Shown here: piece by piece, positions 1 through 9,685 of the stretch
Layout: each line of letters begins with the position of its first letter
How positions within the stretch are numbered: the first letter of the stretch is position 1
From: a virus
Virus record (IMG/VR): IMGVR_UViG_3300020171_000019
Coordinates: 12,138-76,137 of that record
DNA length: 64,000 bases
Direction: 5' to 3' (one strand)
Notes under the pieces: model-generated
What the model saw: the letters and a program-made list of their open reading frames with translations, nothing else
The model's database searches: none
Told to the model about the DNA's origin: nothing
Program-made: the position numbers and the translations under genes

Positions 1-2
1 GC

Positions 3-224
3 GACAAGGAGTTCTTGATGGAGGTCAAATACTCTTGGAATCCCGGGTTGATCCCGGTTCTATCCCGCAAGTTCGCGGAGCTTCAAGTTGAGTTCGCCGA
101 TGTGTACGCTCAGAACCACGACCGACTCAAGCCAGACATCGGAATAATAGAAGAGTTTCTTCTCGGTGAGTACACGCAGCTTTTTCCAGTCGTCCGTCCC
201 GCGTGGACAACAGATAGAAGTTGA
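3..224 (+). CDS. hypothetical protein, 5'-truncated by window edge
   Basis: Frame is open back to the window start; stop overlaps the next gene. Confidence 0.45.
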   Translation, partial: DKEFLMEVKYSWNPGLIPVLSRKFAELQVEFADVYAQNHDRLKPDIGIIEEFLLGEYTQLFPVVRPAWTTDRS

Positions 225-604
225 TGCCCTTCATCCGTGAACGATACTCAGTAGACTGGCCCGAAGTCAGCAAGAGAATACGGGAACGAGACGGCCAGCA
301 GTGCAAGTGGTGCGGGGTTGCGAATCACGCTATAGGCTACAGGGACGAGGATGGCAGATTCCACAGGGCAGGCATAGGCGACGAAAGTGTTTGTCTTGAT
401 GGTTACAAGCTGATTCGGATTGTCCTGACGGTGGCGCATGTGAACCATGATCCGACAGATAACCGAGACGAGAATCTTGCGGCACTCTGTCAAAGGTGTC
501 ATAATAGGCACGACAGGGAGCACAGGAACGTAACGGCAGCACAGACACGGAGGCGGAAGATGCGAGAACAAGGACAGTTGGAATTGTTGGAGGTCCCAGG
601 GTGA
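221..604 (+). CDS. HNH endonuclease (phage type)
   Basis: RERDGQQCKWC...LTVAHVNHDPTDNRDENLAALCQRCHNRHD: CxxC, H-N-H, CxxCH. Confidence 0.85.
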   Translation: MMPFIRERYSVDWPEVSKRIRERDGQQCKWCGVANHAIGYRDEDGRFHRAGIGDESVCLDGYKLIRIVLTVAHVNHDPTDNRDENLAALCQRCHNRHDREHRNVTAAQTRRRKMREQGQLELLEVPG

Positions 605-914
605 AGCCGGACAAGGTAAACATCCTGGGGATCGAGTATACAATTCAGTATGTGCACACGCCTTCGGAAGTTGATAATCAGAAGAGAGATTCCCTGTGGG
701 GCCAGATCGATCTATGGGATAGAACAATCCGTATCTATGACAATGGCCGCTCCAACGAAGACATCCTGCGGACTCTCTTGCACGAGATTCTACACGGAAT
801 TGGGGCTGCTATGATGCTGAATTCCACGAACACGAGAAGGAAGTAGAATCTATTGCACTGGCTCTTGCGGATGTCTTGAATAGGAACGGATGGCTTGCTA
901 AAGAAAACCCTTGA
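601..914 (+). pseudogene. HExxH metallopeptidase-like phage protein, apparently frameshifted
   Basis: TLLHEILHG in frame 601-846; plausible C-terminus EHEKEVESIALALADVLNRNGW continues in the -1 frame to TGA 912-914. Confidence 0.55.
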
Positions 915-940
915 CAAACTGGTGGATGTTTTGATATATT
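911..940 (+). promoter_or_regulatory. sigma70-type promoter upstream of packaging genes
   Basis: TTGACA(911)-18 bp-TATATT(935). Confidence 0.6.
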
Positions 941-1013
941 AACGCCATGCAAAAGCTTTCAGCCTTTATAGCAAAACGCGGGGGCCGAAGTGAACCAGAG
1001 GGTAACAGAACAA

Positions 1014-1074
1014 CACAAACAGGCGGACCAGGCAAGGCCAGATGATGAGACTTGGGTTCGCCTTTTTGTTTGTG
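1014..1074 (+). terminator. leader hairpin with T-tract (possible attenuator)
   Basis: CACAAACA-GGCGGACC...GGTTCGCC-TTTT-TGTTTGTG inverted repeat. Confidence 0.45.
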
Positions 1075-1112
1075 CCAATTCTTGCGGTTCCGCATAAATT
1101 GAGGGAGTATTC

Positions 1113-1682
1113 ATGGGTGACATAGCATCCAGGATCATCAAGACTGAACTGATCAAGTGGCGCGATGCGACGTGGTTGCAGGCGAACCTGAAAGAACTAT
1201 CAGAGGCGTCATTCCGGGCACTTAAGACATCACTGAAACAGAATGGTTTTGCTATGCCGTTTGCTGTATGGCAGGACACGGCCAAAGCTACGTTGTGGAT
1301 ATTGGACGGGCACCATAGGCAAAAGGCAATGATAGAACTGGAAGGGGAGGGTCATAGATTCCCAGATGAACTGCCGGCGAACTTCGTTGATTGCCAGGAT
1401 ATGGCCGAAGCGGCGAAGTTGGTCTTGGTGTATTCGTCTGTGTATGCGTCGGTGACGAGCGAGGGGCTTTACGAGCACTTGGAGCGGTTTGACTTGGACT
1501 TCGACTCATTGTCACAGATGATGATATTGCCTAATCTGGACATGGAGGAGTTTGCCACAGAATTCATGGGAACAAATGCCATACCTGATGTGTCATTCAA
1601 GACCTATGATGAGTCTATTGCTGACGGTGTTGAGGTGTGCAATTGTCCAACTTGTGGACATGAACATGCTCGCAAAAAGTAA
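1113..1682 (+). CDS. ParB/Srx-like N-terminal domain protein with C-terminal CPxCG knuckle
   Basis: LKTSLKQNGFAMP...ILDGHHR motif; CPTCGHE; typical position before a phage methyltransferase and terminase. Confidence 0.8.
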   Translation: MGDIASRIIKTELIKWRDATWLQANLKELSEASFRALKTSLKQNGFAMPFAVWQDTAKATLWILDGHHRQKAMIELEGEGHRFPDELPANFVDCQDMAEAAKLVLVYSSVYASVTSEGLYEHLERFDLDFDSLSQMMILPNLDMEEFATEFMGTNAIPDVSFKTYDESIADGVEVCNCPTCGHEHARKK

Positions 1683-2667
1683 CTATGTTGGTATCCTTAA
1701 TCAGTCATGGGAGGAGCACCTTGCTCCACGCGACGACGATGCACCAACAGTTATCAGCACCTTTGCGGGATGTGGAGGTTCAAGCCTTGGGTATTCTATG
1801 GCGGGATTCCGGGAATTACTGGCCGTAGAGTGGGACAACAATGCAGTGGAAACTTTTAAGCGGAACTTTCCTGAAGTGCCGGTGTATCATGGGGATATAG
1901 GCAGGTTGACAGTTGATGAATGTATGCGGTTGTCTGGGCTTACTGAAGCAGGACAACTTGATGTAATGGATTCATCGCCTCCCTGTCAGGGGTTTTCTTC
2001 TGCTGGCAATAGAGAATATACTGATGATCGCAATCAACTTTTTCGACAATATGTGCGATTATTGGAGGGGTTACGTCCAAAAGTCTTCGTAATGGAGAAT
2101 GTGTCAGGTATGGTACAAGGCAAGATGAAGTTGATATTCGCAGAGATTTTGCGTGAGTTAAAATCAACAGGATACCAAGTAACAGCAACACTGATGAATG
2201 CAATGTATTACAGCGTGCCACAAGCAAGAGAACGATTGATCTTTGTGGGAGTGCGAGATGACTTAGGGGTTGCGCCAAGTTTGTCAAAGACTGAATCAAG
2301 CCCTATCACTATCAGACAAGCATGGGATGGATTGATAGTGGACAAGAAGGGACTTGGGTTGACTCCGTTATATCTGAAGTATTGGACTGTGGCAAAGAAT
2401 GGCGAATCTGTGGGTTTGTATGGTGCTGGAGGACGAAAATTGCGAATGAATAAACCAGGAACTACAATCACAAAGGCAGGTCATTTATATCACCCATTTG
2501 AACCAAGAACTTTGGCTATATCTGAACAAAAAAGATTGGCTTCATTCCCTGATCAGTTTCATTTTGTAGGAACAAGAATAGATGCACAGAATAGGATAGG
2601 CAATTCTGTCCCTCCATTGATGATGAGAGCAATCGCAAGACATATTAGGCGATTGATTAATGTATAA
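1660..2667 (+). CDS. dcm: DNA cytosine-5 methyltransferase
   Basis: FAGCGG (motif I), SPPCQGFS (IV), ENV (VI), QARER (VIII), IGNSVPP (X); start chosen at MNMLAK. Confidence 0.95.
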   Translation: MNMLAKSNYVGILNQSWEEHLAPRDDDAPTVISTFAGCGGSSLGYSMAGFRELLAVEWDNNAVETFKRNFPEVPVYHGDIGRLTVDECMRLSGLTEAGQLDVMDSSPPCQGFSSAGNREYTDDRNQLFRQYVRLLEGLRPKVFVMENVSGMVQGKMKLIFAEILRELKSTGYQVTATLMNAMYYSVPQARERLIFVGVRDDLGVAPSLSKTESSPITIRQAWDGLIVDKKGLGLTPLYLKYWTVAKNGESVGLYGAGGRKLRMNKPGTTITKAGHLYHPFEPRTLAISEQKRLASFPDQFHFVGTRIDAQNRIGNSVPPLMMRAIARHIRRLINV

Positions 2668-2676
2668 AGGCAACCA

Positions 2677-3177
2677 ATGAGCGAAACGGACACACATAAG
2701 ACAGGGGAACAACCTACAGTAAATACGGGAGGAATACGCCGAAAAGGTAGTCCCCCGTGGAAGCCTATCGACGAGCGACGAGTTGAAGTATTGGCAGCAC
2801 AAGGGTTATCAGATGAGCAAATAGCTGCTGCCCTTGGGATCAACTTCAAGACACTACTCCGTCGTAAGCAGCGATTTGAGGAATTCCGCGCTGTGATGGA
2901 GAGGGGGAAGGCCCTTGGCATTGCTCAGGTCGCCAATGTGCTCTTCCAAAAGGCCACAGTTGACAAAGACGTGACGGCCATGATCTTCTTCCTGAAGTGT
3001 CGGGCTAAGTGGCAGGATAGGGTGGCAGTGGACATTGAGCATCATGCGGACGGTGACATCCAAGAACTTGCATCACTGGTAAGAGAACGGCGGTTACAAT
3101 TGGCAGGCAATAATGGGCATGTGAAGCAGTTGCCAGAGGATACCGAGATGATTGAGTTTGAGGAGGCAACGGGGTAG
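2677..3177 (+). CDS. terS: terminase small subunit
   Basis: HTH GLSDEQIAAALGI, then DVTAMIFFLKCRAKWQD; directly upstream of TerL. Confidence 0.8.
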   Translation: MSETDTHKTGEQPTVNTGGIRRKGSPPWKPIDERRVEVLAAQGLSDEQIAAALGINFKTLLRRKQRFEEFRAVMERGKALGIAQVANVLFQKATVDKDVTAMIFFLKCRAKWQDRVAVDIEHHADGDIQELASLVRERRLQLAGNNGHVKQLPEDTEMIEFEEATG

Positions 3178-3285
3178 CAAAATGATTTTACTATATTCCT
3201 CGTTGTGCATAGAATGCCACTCTCATGGAGCCACGAATAATGAGACTCAAAAATCGAATACAATCCATATGTTTATGGGTGCAGA

Positions 3286-4773
3286 ATGCCTAAGAAAATG
3301 ACCATAACCGACGCAAAACTCCTGGCGATGGAGGATACCTATTGGTTCGCCAGATATGTGCTTGGTTATGACAAGCTGGAGTCATTGGTGCACGGTGAAT
3401 GGTCAAGACGGTTCGATGCCTCAGATTGTAGGCGATGGTTGATATTGCGACCGCGTAAGACGTTCAAGACGACGATATATACCATATCTTATGCGATGCG
3501 GCGGCTATTGGTCAACCCAGACCTGCGCATACTCATCGTAAACGCCGTAGAGGGGAATGCTGCAGGCTTCCTTCGGGAGATCAAGGGGCACTATGAGAGA
3601 GGTGTCAAGTTCCGGCAGTTGTTTGGGGACTGGATATCGGACAAATGGAACGAAGGGGGAATATCCGTAAAGCCCAGGACGAGCACTCAGAAGGAATTAT
3701 CCATCCAGGTCTCAGGATATGGATCAACTCTGGTGTCGGCTCACTACGACCTCATAATCGTAGACGACCTCGTGAACAGTGATGATCGGTTCTCGGCATT
3801 GACTCGGAACAAGAAAAAAGAATGGTATCGGGACTGCATATCCTTGCTCGATGAGGGCGGCGAGATCGTCATTGTAGGCACGAGATGGCACCCGGATGAT
3901 CTGTATAACTGGATCATCAATGACCTAAATAAGATGCTCAGCCCACAGGATCGATATGTTACGGAAATCGACGGTTGTTACCTGAAGGACGGGACGACCC
4001 CGCGATACCCGGATATGCTGTCGGAATCGGCGCTGAACAGGATCAAGACGGAGGTTGGGCCGGGTGATTTCGCGGCGAACTACCTGAACGATCCTAAACC
4101 GGTGGGCTCCCGAATCTTTGATATTGACACGATGGCCTTTTTCGATGGAGCAGGGGACGTGTCACAGTATGATGAGATTTATGGCTTCTGTGACCCTGCT
4201 CTTGGCAAGTCCAATCTGGGATGTTACTCTGCGGTGGTGACGGTGGGCTGCAGGAAATCAACTACAGCAATCGACGTGCTGGATGCGGATCTGCGGCGGA
4301 TTTCGCCGGACGCCTTGCTGGTGATGATCAAGCAAAAGCACGCTTTCTATCGTTTCACAGAGTTCGGGATTGAGAGCAATGCCTTTCAAGAGCGATTGAT
4401 CGGGGAATTATCTGCTCTTGTTCCTGACCTTTACGTGCAGGGAGTGCCACACAGGAGCGAGAAGGCGGGCCGGATACAGTCCCTACAGCCTCTTGTAGCT
4501 CGTGGGCAGTTAAGGTTTGCATCGGATTGGCGGAGTAGATATCCGGTTCTGATGGATCAGTTATTGAACTGCCAGCTTGACGCGCTTCCGGCCTATGTAG
4601 ACGGGCCTGATGCATTGGAGGGTGCAGTATCGCTCGTAAAGCCTGTAGAGGTCGAAGAAGACACCTCCTGGGCTGATGATCCCTATTATGGCCCTTCTGT
4701 GCGATCAAGGGCGGCGCAGGAAGCCGAGGACATCGACGACTACGAGGAAGACCCCTACTATGCGATTGTGTGA
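3286..4773 (+). CDS. terL: terminase large subunit
   Basis: PRKTFKTT Walker A, LIIVDD Walker B, GTRWHPDD, nuclease CDPA...DGPDALEGA. Confidence 0.93.
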   Translation: MPKKMTITDAKLLAMEDTYWFARYVLGYDKLESLVHGEWSRRFDASDCRRWLILRPRKTFKTTIYTISYAMRRLLVNPDLRILIVNAVEGNAAGFLREIKGHYERGVKFRQLFGDWISDKWNEGGISVKPRTSTQKELSIQVSGYGSTLVSAHYDLIIVDDLVNSDDRFSALTRNKKKEWYRDCISLLDEGGEIVIVGTRWHPDDLYNWIINDLNKMLSPQDRYVTEIDGCYLKDGTTPRYPDMLSESALNRIKTEVGPGDFAANYLNDPKPVGSRIFDIDTMAFFDGAGDVSQYDEIYGFCDPALGKSNLGCYSAVVTVGCRKSTTAIDVLDADLRRISPDALLVMIKQKHAFYRFTEFGIESNAFQERLIGELSALVPDLYVQGVPHRSEKAGRIQSLQPLVARGQLRFASDWRSRYPVLMDQLLNCQLDALPAYVDGPDALEGAVSLVKPVEVEEDTSWADDPYYGPSVRSRAAQEAEDIDDYEEDPYYAIV

Positions 4774-4793
4774 GTCGTTCTGGTATTCAGGGG

Positions 4794-6180
4794 GTGACCA
4801 CTCCCCCCGCTGAAGCAGGGGGCTTCTCAGGCTACGCATGAGCTTAAAGCCTCTACGTTAGCGCCTGACGGCACAGTCCGTGCCGATTGTAAGATGTTCT
4901 TGGCCGCGTTCTGGTCGCGGCACAACACTAAACCACAGGAATCGCAATGATACACCCGAACAGACAGCGTAACTTTCTTGACAGGGATAACCCCGCACGC
5001 GAAGCACCGCTGCGTAGTGTATCTGGGATCGACCCCCACCACCTCGACCCCGGCGCATTCTGCCTTGAATCGGAGTATGTTCAGGAAGTTACCCCATCCT
5101 GCATCGTTGACGGACTTCGCCAACATACTGCGAGAAAGTCCCTTGACGTTCAGGTCTTCGTGAGCAATAAGGCCGTATTTACCGACAAGGGAAAGAGCGG
5201 TCTTGTGGTGAAAGTCTCGGCGTTGGTTCCCAACATGCAGATGCACTTTGGCTACACGCCTGACTGCCTTTTTGCGACGGCGGCTTCCCCTCTTCTTTCG
5301 GGAGAGAGAGCGTTGTGCGATGCGGAGTTTCTTCTCTGCACCAGCGAAGAACCGTGGAGGATCAACAGAAGCACCGTCGGAAGTGACAAGAAACGACTTC
5401 AACCCCAGGTCAATACCAACAGGAGGATTGACGGACGGGATGACATCAACATCCGGGAGCTCACAGGAGAAAGATACATACCACGACCCAGCTTTTGTGC
5501 TCACGGTCAGGGAAGCGATACGAGCATCCACGGGAAGCTCCCGATGCAACTTCACCTTCACCATACCAACGTGCTGAACGTAGACCTTATGGCACTTCAG
5601 TTTGCTGCCGTCGCCGTATGTGAACTTCACAGAATCAAAACGACCCACACCCTTGAATCGGGGATACCCAGGTTTTTCGCCAGTCTTAATCCTACGGAAG
5701 AAGTTTCGAAAAGCACGATCAAGACGGCGCAGGGTGTGTTGGCAGGAAGAGAAGTTGACACCCACAAGGGAAGGAACGTCGGGGCGGTCCAGTGTCAGCC
5801 GAGCGGATTGTTCGGAATACTTCACGGATTTCTGATCATCCTCGAAAGAGTTCTTGCGCCAGGACAAGGCCATGTTGTAAATCCGGCGGTGCGTCTCAAG
5901 CATCTGCTCAAGAGCGAGGACTTGAGTTTTGGTCGGATACAGGCGGTATTTGAATCCCTTACGCATGCTACTCTCCAAACAGAAAGGCCCACCGGGTGCG
6001 AATTGACTTGGTGAGCCAAAACCGGAGGGCCAGTCTATAAAACATGACAAAAAGGAAAACTCACCTTTCAATTCGCATATATAAGATACAACGAAAGGAT
6101 TGCAATGTCAAGCGAAATCTCACAAAAAGGAGCAGGCGCATTCCTCTGTCGGCTAAACCCGACAGTCCCCTGCGCCAAAG
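4794..6180 (-). mobile_element. IS200/IS605-family element, tnpB only (IS1341-like, non-autonomous)
   Basis: Minus strand: CCAT|CTTTGG left end with hairpin CTGTCGG-GTTTAG-CCGACAG; right-end hairpin CCCCCTGC-TTCA-GCGGGGG ending GTGGTCAC; no intact tnpA. Confidence 0.85.
4827..5966 (-). CDS. tnpB: RNA-guided endonuclease TnpB
   Basis: MRKGFKYRLYPT start; RuvC GIDLG, HEDL, RDQNAAKN; zinc finger CFAC/CDSC. Confidence 0.95.
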   Translation of the reverse strand: MRKGFKYRLYPTKTQVLALEQMLETHRRIYNMALSWRKNSFEDDQKSVKYSEQSARLTLDRPDVPSLVGVNFSSCQHTLRRLDRAFRNFFRRIKTGEKPGYPRFKGVGRFDSVKFTYGDGSKLKCHKVYVQHVGMVKVKLHRELPVDARIASLTVSTKAGSWYVSFSCELPDVDVIPSVNPPVGIDLGLKSFLVTSDGASVDPPRFFAGAEKKLRIAQRSLSRKKRGSRRRKKAVRRVAKVHLHVGNQRRDFHHKTALSLVGKYGLIAHEDLNVKGLSRSMLAKSVNDAGWGNFLNILRFKAECAGVEVVGVDPRYTTQRCFACGVIPVKKVTLSVRVYHCDSCGLVLCRDQNAAKNILQSARTVPSGANVEALSSCVA

Positions 6181-6276
6181 ATGGATGGAATAAAGCGTGC
6201 ATCTCATGGGAGCCATGAATACGAGCGAATACTACGAATAAAAGAAACTGGTGATTATCTAACCAGGAGGATTTGA

Positions 6277-6684
6277 ATGATTGCGAAGAGGCCATACACA
6301 AGGCGGGCTATGTCTGCTGCTGAAGTGAAGGAAGAGAACCGAACTCTATCGACAGACATTCCTGAGCCTGTCATTTCCGAGAACGGCCACCGGCAACCAT
6401 TCACGGGCTTATCGCCGGAGCGGTTCGTTCAGTTCGTGGAGAGGGCGCAGACTGTTATCCGTCGCATCAATCGGACTCCATCGCTGACTCTGCAAGTGCA
6501 GTTTGTGGTTGATCAGTTTGATGATGATGGACGACCGGCGCGGATGGCCGTATGGCAAGGCTCCCAGAACAGGCCGATGGCTATTTTCTCTAAGGACATC
6601 CTGCGAGTGAATACGGGATGGTTCTTGATGGAACTGAAACGCGACTTGACAACGACCGAATTCTTCCGAGGGTATCCGGCATGA
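6277..6684 (+). CDS. hypothetical protein
   Basis: AGGAGG RBS, 135 aa ORF. Confidence 0.65.
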   Translation: MIAKRPYTRRAMSAAEVKEENRTLSTDIPEPVISENGHRQPFTGLSPERFVQFVERAQTVIRRINRTPSLTLQVQFVVDQFDDDGRPARMAVWQGSQNRPMAIFSKDILRVNTGWFLMELKRDLTTTEFFRGYPA

Positions 6685-6992
6685 ACATCAGACAGACGCC
6701 ACCACAGTCAAGGATGAAGGTTCTGGCGCGGATGTCCCAGGGGTTACGGTTGGTGCCGGACGTGTGCGCCTTGTGCGCTAAGTTTCCGTGCCTGAATGAA
6801 CATAACCAAATCAGAGAAACGGGAGACTTGAGCCTGGAGATGAACGGGAGCGTGAAGTATCAGTTTGTGCCCTGTGCAGACGAGGCGGGGTATCCGAGGG
6901 AGTATGTTGCGAAGGCGCGGTATGTGCCTCGCTTTGATGGTATCAAGTGGCAGAATCCGAGACATATGCTGCGGGTCGGGCAAGGAGGTTAG
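6681..6992 (+). CDS. hypothetical protein (Cys-containing)
   Basis: ATGA overlap with upstream gene; CALC...PC. Confidence 0.55.
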   Translation: MNIRQTPPQSRMKVLARMSQGLRLVPDVCALCAKFPCLNEHNQIRETGDLSLEMNGSVKYQFVPCADEAGYPREYVAKARYVPRFDGIKWQNPRHMLRVGQGG

Positions 6993-6993
6993 G

Positions 6994-8727
6994 GTGAGTC
7001 TACGCGAATGGTGGGACAAGCACGGATTGCTGACGCGATCGCAAGCGCACGAGATAGCTCATAGGGCCGGGGAGCAGGCGGTGCTGGAGGAGCGCCGGTG
7101 GTTGGGGTATGGGCAGGGAGACAGAGAAAGCAACATAGACGACCCTGTGACATTCGCGGAAGCCTGGCAGTGGGCCGAAGGCGCAAAGATTGCTAAGACC
7201 CTTGGACTCCACGAAGCAGCAGACTTCGACACGCTTGCGGCTCGGTCGGGATGGATCATGATGGGATTGTCTTCCGCGGAGGACGCAAACAGGGTTGTGC
7301 CGGACGGCAAGCTCCGGAATCTGCAGGACGCGGCATTCGAGAAGGCACAGAACAACCCACACGCCAAGGGAGCGGTGAAGGCGATTCGCAAGTATGTGGC
7401 AGGGCGAGGGGTGGCTGTTTCTTCTCCGGTGAAGGAAGTCAACGATGTAATCCAAGACTTCTGGCTGCAGAACGACATGAATGCTCGCCATAAGGCCATG
7501 GTGAGGTCGGTCTACATCGAGGGTGAGTATTTCTGCCTTTACAGTATCCATCCGGGCACGGGACAGGTGACAATGCGGCGAATTCCTCCGAAGGAAATCA
7601 CGGGCATAGAAACCGACCCCGAGGATATCGAGAACGTGTGGACATATCAGCGACAATTCTTGGGACCGACGGGTGCCAAAGAGGAGCGGTACTATGCCGA
7701 CATTGACTACTATCGAACGCTGGCACAAGCCAAGACCGAGGGACTGGAGCCACTGCCACAATCATCAGTGCATGATCACATCAGACAACAGGCCGTAGCG
7801 GGCGATGTTCTCGTGCAGTTCATCCGGTGGGGCGAAGAGGGTGAGAAGCGTGGGCGCGTGCCGATGGCCGCAGAACTTCCCTACTTCAAGATGATGGAGC
7901 AGATTAACCAGGATGCGGCACGGCGGTGCCATGAGCAGGCCAAGGTGATTTGGCTCAAGAAGATCACGGGCCGAACAGGTGAGGCAACCACACGAGAACG
8001 ACGGGCACCGGCTGGTGGAGTAATGCTGGTAGAGACAGACAGTGTATCTTACCGCAGTGAATCCCCGAAGTTGGCCGCAGGAGATATGGAGACGGTGCGA
8101 CTGATGTTGATTCACACGATTGGGGCGGGTCTCCAGATACCAGATGTCATTCTGGACAGCAACGCAGATACTCAAAGTTATGCATCGATCAAGAAGTCAG
8201 ATACTCCATTCTTGCAGGAGGTCTTAGACTGGCAGGACTTCTGGGACGATCATCTCCGTGTGATGTTATCGGTGCCTATCCGGGCAGCTATTGAGGCCAA
8301 GCGATTGCAGCCGACCATCACAATTAACCGGTTTGTGGATGAGGCTGTCTGGGATGTAGTGGATAGGGTAATCGAGGGCGTGATTGCACACGTGCCGATG
8401 AGTGAAATCCTGTCGGATGTCAAGCCCCTACTGGAAGGCAAGGAGGAGACTGTAACCATACCAACCGAGGAAGCGCCCATTTCGATTATCTTCCCGATCC
8501 TGGTGCACGAGTCACCGCTTGAGCAAGCGCAGGCACTACAGGCCTGGCAGGCACTTGGGGTCAGCAATCAGACGATCGTCACGAAATTGGGGCTCGACTG
8601 GAAAGAGGAACTGGCGAACAGGAAGGCGATGCAGGAGATGGAAGCTCAGGCGGCTGAGGAACAGATGGCGAAGTTTGGACAGGGGAAGACTCCGGAACCT
8701 CCGGGCGGGATAATCCCGGGTGAGTGA
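6994..8727 (+). CDS. portal protein
   Basis: Size and position between TerL and MuF; NPHAKGAV...YVAGRG, VYIEGEYF; AGGAGG RBS before GTG. Confidence 0.8.
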   Translation: MSLREWWDKHGLLTRSQAHEIAHRAGEQAVLEERRWLGYGQGDRESNIDDPVTFAEAWQWAEGAKIAKTLGLHEAADFDTLAARSGWIMMGLSSAEDANRVVPDGKLRNLQDAAFEKAQNNPHAKGAVKAIRKYVAGRGVAVSSPVKEVNDVIQDFWLQNDMNARHKAMVRSVYIEGEYFCLYSIHPGTGQVTMRRIPPKEITGIETDPEDIENVWTYQRQFLGPTGAKEERYYADIDYYRTLAQAKTEGLEPLPQSSVHDHIRQQAVAGDVLVQFIRWGEEGEKRGRVPMAAELPYFKMMEQINQDAARRCHEQAKVIWLKKITGRTGEATTRERRAPAGGVMLVETDSVSYRSESPKLAAGDMETVRLMLIHTIGAGLQIPDVILDSNADTQSYASIKKSDTPFLQEVLDWQDFWDDHLRVMLSVPIRAAIEAKRLQPTITINRFVDEAVWDVVDRVIEGVIAHVPMSEILSDVKPLLEGKEETVTIPTEEAPISIIFPILVHESPLEQAQALQAWQALGVSNQTIVTKLGLDWKEELANRKAMQEMEAQAAEEQMAKFGQGKTPEPPGGIIPGE

Positions 8728-8908
8728 AATGTGCAAGCACACAAGAAGACTGAGGGGTTATGCGGAAGGAGCAATAGCAACGGCGATGGCCGGCTTGATA
8801 GTTGTGGTCGTTCTTGTTATTGGATTCTTTGTGTTTCTTGGTCTCGTGATTCGGGCGACGTATGACATGGCGGTGCTCACGATAGCCTGCCGGAAAGGAA
8901 GGGCGTAA
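8720..8908 (+). CDS. small membrane protein
   Basis: Long hydrophobic stretch LIVVVVLVIGFFVFLGLVI. Confidence 0.5.
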   Translation: MSEMCKHTRRLRGYAEGAIATAMAGLIVVVVLVIGFFVFLGLVIRATYDMAVLTIACRKGRA

Positions 8909-8910
8909 GC

Positions 8911-9117
8911 ATGACCGCAAGAGCAAGCAAGGCGAAGGTGGAGCCTGTTACGGTGCCAGTGCTGCAGCCGGAAGTAATACTGACTCAGCACGAACCCACG
9001 GCGGTTGCAATCCACGAGATAACGGCAAGGCTGGAATCCGTTGAGCGGATACAGAAGGAAATTCTTGAACATCTGAGGCGGTCGTTTCCGTCCACATTCA
9101 GGAGGATCGGAGCGTGA
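8911..9117 (+). CDS. hypothetical coiled-coil protein
   Basis: Tightly packed ORF with RBS. Confidence 0.5.
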   Translation: MTARASKAKVEPVTVPVLQPEVILTQHEPTAVAIHEITARLESVERIQKEILEHLRRSFPSTFRRIGA

Positions 9118-9464
9118 AGGCTGATATATGGATTCTGGTCGGGCTTATGTGTGCAGCTTTGTGCGGCACTGTGATTGGAGTTGAGAGCGCAACAGATGCA
9201 CCCAAGAAGACGCCTGTAACATTCCGCGGTGTGCCCTTGACGCCAGACAGCACGATGGCAGAGGTGTATCACGATCCAGCAAAAGCCGCCTATGTCAGAA
9301 TGATCCTGAAGGACAACGGCAACGGAAGCCTTACGAGTGAATCGGGTCACCTGTTGTTCATTGCATCCCCGGCCTGGGCAGACAGCACGAAGCGGCAGGC
9401 GATACTCATGATGTTCAGGGCGCAGGAAGTGCTACAGCAAGCGACGGAGGCGTTGAGAAAATGA
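9114..9464 (+). CDS. hypothetical protein with signal peptide
   Basis: MKADIWILVGLMCAALCGTVIGVESA; GTGA overlap; AGGAGG RBS. Confidence 0.6.
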   Translation: MKADIWILVGLMCAALCGTVIGVESATDAPKKTPVTFRGVPLTPDSTMAEVYHDPAKAAYVRMILKDNGNGSLTSESGHLLFIASPAWADSTKRQAILMMFRAQEVLQQATEALRK

Positions 9465-9685
9465 TACAAACACTCTTGATAGGGATGGCGATGCAGGCTG
9501 TTATTACTGGTGTGTTGTCAGAAATGCAGGTTATTCGACTGTCCGCAGGCCAACAGTTCTGCGTCGCGGGAGTGCTTGTTGTGTTTTGGGTCGGCATTGA
9601 AGTGGAGGCATACTGGAGGAGAACATCATGCTCCCGATATAGGCGTAAATGCCTAAAGCAAGAGGCAAAAAGGGAAGGCAGATAA
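9461..9685 (+). CDS. small membrane protein
   Basis: Two hydrophobic segments; overlaps both neighbours. Confidence 0.45.
   Translation: MIQTLLIGMAMQAVITGVLSEMQVIRLSAGQQFCVAGVLVVFWVGIEVEAYWRRTSCSRYRRKCLKQEAKREGR

Noticed and set aside
4947-6014. 355 aa plus-strand ORF
   Set aside because: Antisense shadow of tnpB with no motifs
5967-6071. tnpA remnant upstream of tnpB
   Set aside because: Only faint similarity (AHQV...VW); no HUH or Tyr motif
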